Position numbers and translations under genes: made by a program. A stretch of 63,473 bases of DNA, the filler included, from Choristocarpus tenellus KU-1152 (Eukaryota; Protista; Phaeophyceae), in NCBI GenBank assembly GCA_964200185.2. It is 7 parts of 7 records of this genome, joined end to end, with 100 filler letters (N's around TTAATTAATTAA, not from the genome) between each part and the next. Parts side by side here need not be neighbours in the genome. Positions count along the whole stretch, not along the records: positions 58,872 to 63,473 come from CAXNAD020013837.1; 6 more parts are not named here. One strand, given 5' to 3'. The notes beneath the pieces are model-generated. The model did no database searches. It saw only the letters and a program-made list of their open reading frames with translations, and was not told where the DNA came from. Positions 63,157-63,473 of the stretch are shown here, piece by piece; position 1 is the stretch's first letter, and every line of letters starts with the position of its first letter.

Positions 63157-63473
63157 GTTGGTAAAAGGGGGCAAAGGGGGTTACTTATTCCCGACAAAGG
63201 CACTTTAAGGGGAGGAGTGTTGATTGATCTTGGCCAAATGGCACACTATATTGGACTCGATCCGGACGGAGCAAGTAGTTTCGCACTTCTGCTTCCTCAC
63301 CGTTACATGTCCCGTCACCCCCTCCTCCTATCCCATACAACTACCAACATACCACTTTTCAAATACGACCTCCATTTCTGTTGTGATGCACTGAATGCGC
63401 TTTTCTTAAGGGAGGAAGGGGGGGGGCGGGGGGGGGGGAGCTCAAGGGGCATAATACGTCCTCCACCTTCGAA

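Noticed and set aside
1-63473. A functional cluster linking RGS, Rab5, ROCO and ubiquitin genes
   Set aside because: The genes sit on different concatenated contigs, so co-occurrence is most likely an assembly artefact.

Overview
This is eukaryotic, intron-rich nuclear DNA, most likely from a brown alga or a close stramenopile relative. That is an inference from a ROCO-type C-terminal domain, a 7TM-RGS gene, GT-AG introns of roughly 0.2-2 kb and TTAGGG repeats. The window is not one continuous locus: six identical 100-nt linkers (44 N + TTAATTAATTAA + 44 N) join seven pieces, and genes are cut at the joins. Spliced by hand, the pieces give: a 12-exon 7TM-RGS gene (-), a KH-domain RNA-binding protein (-), a gp78/AMFR-like RING-H2+CUE E3 ligase (+), TFIIH p62/TFB1 (-), an Ig-like repeat protein (+), GPC1 (+), WDR20/CreC (-), a sulfotransferase (+), an orphan ROCO C-terminus (+), an ankyrin protein with a myristoylation motif (-) and Rab5 exon 1 (+). 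Mobile DNA includes a decayed plant-type mariner transposase and a poly-G-bearing MITE family of about 13 copies in three internal types. The most unusual item is an AT-rich (~30% GC), intronless fragment of a bacterial IS21 istA transposase inside algal sequence. I found no CRISPR array, tRNA or rRNA, and no convincing new multi-gene system.
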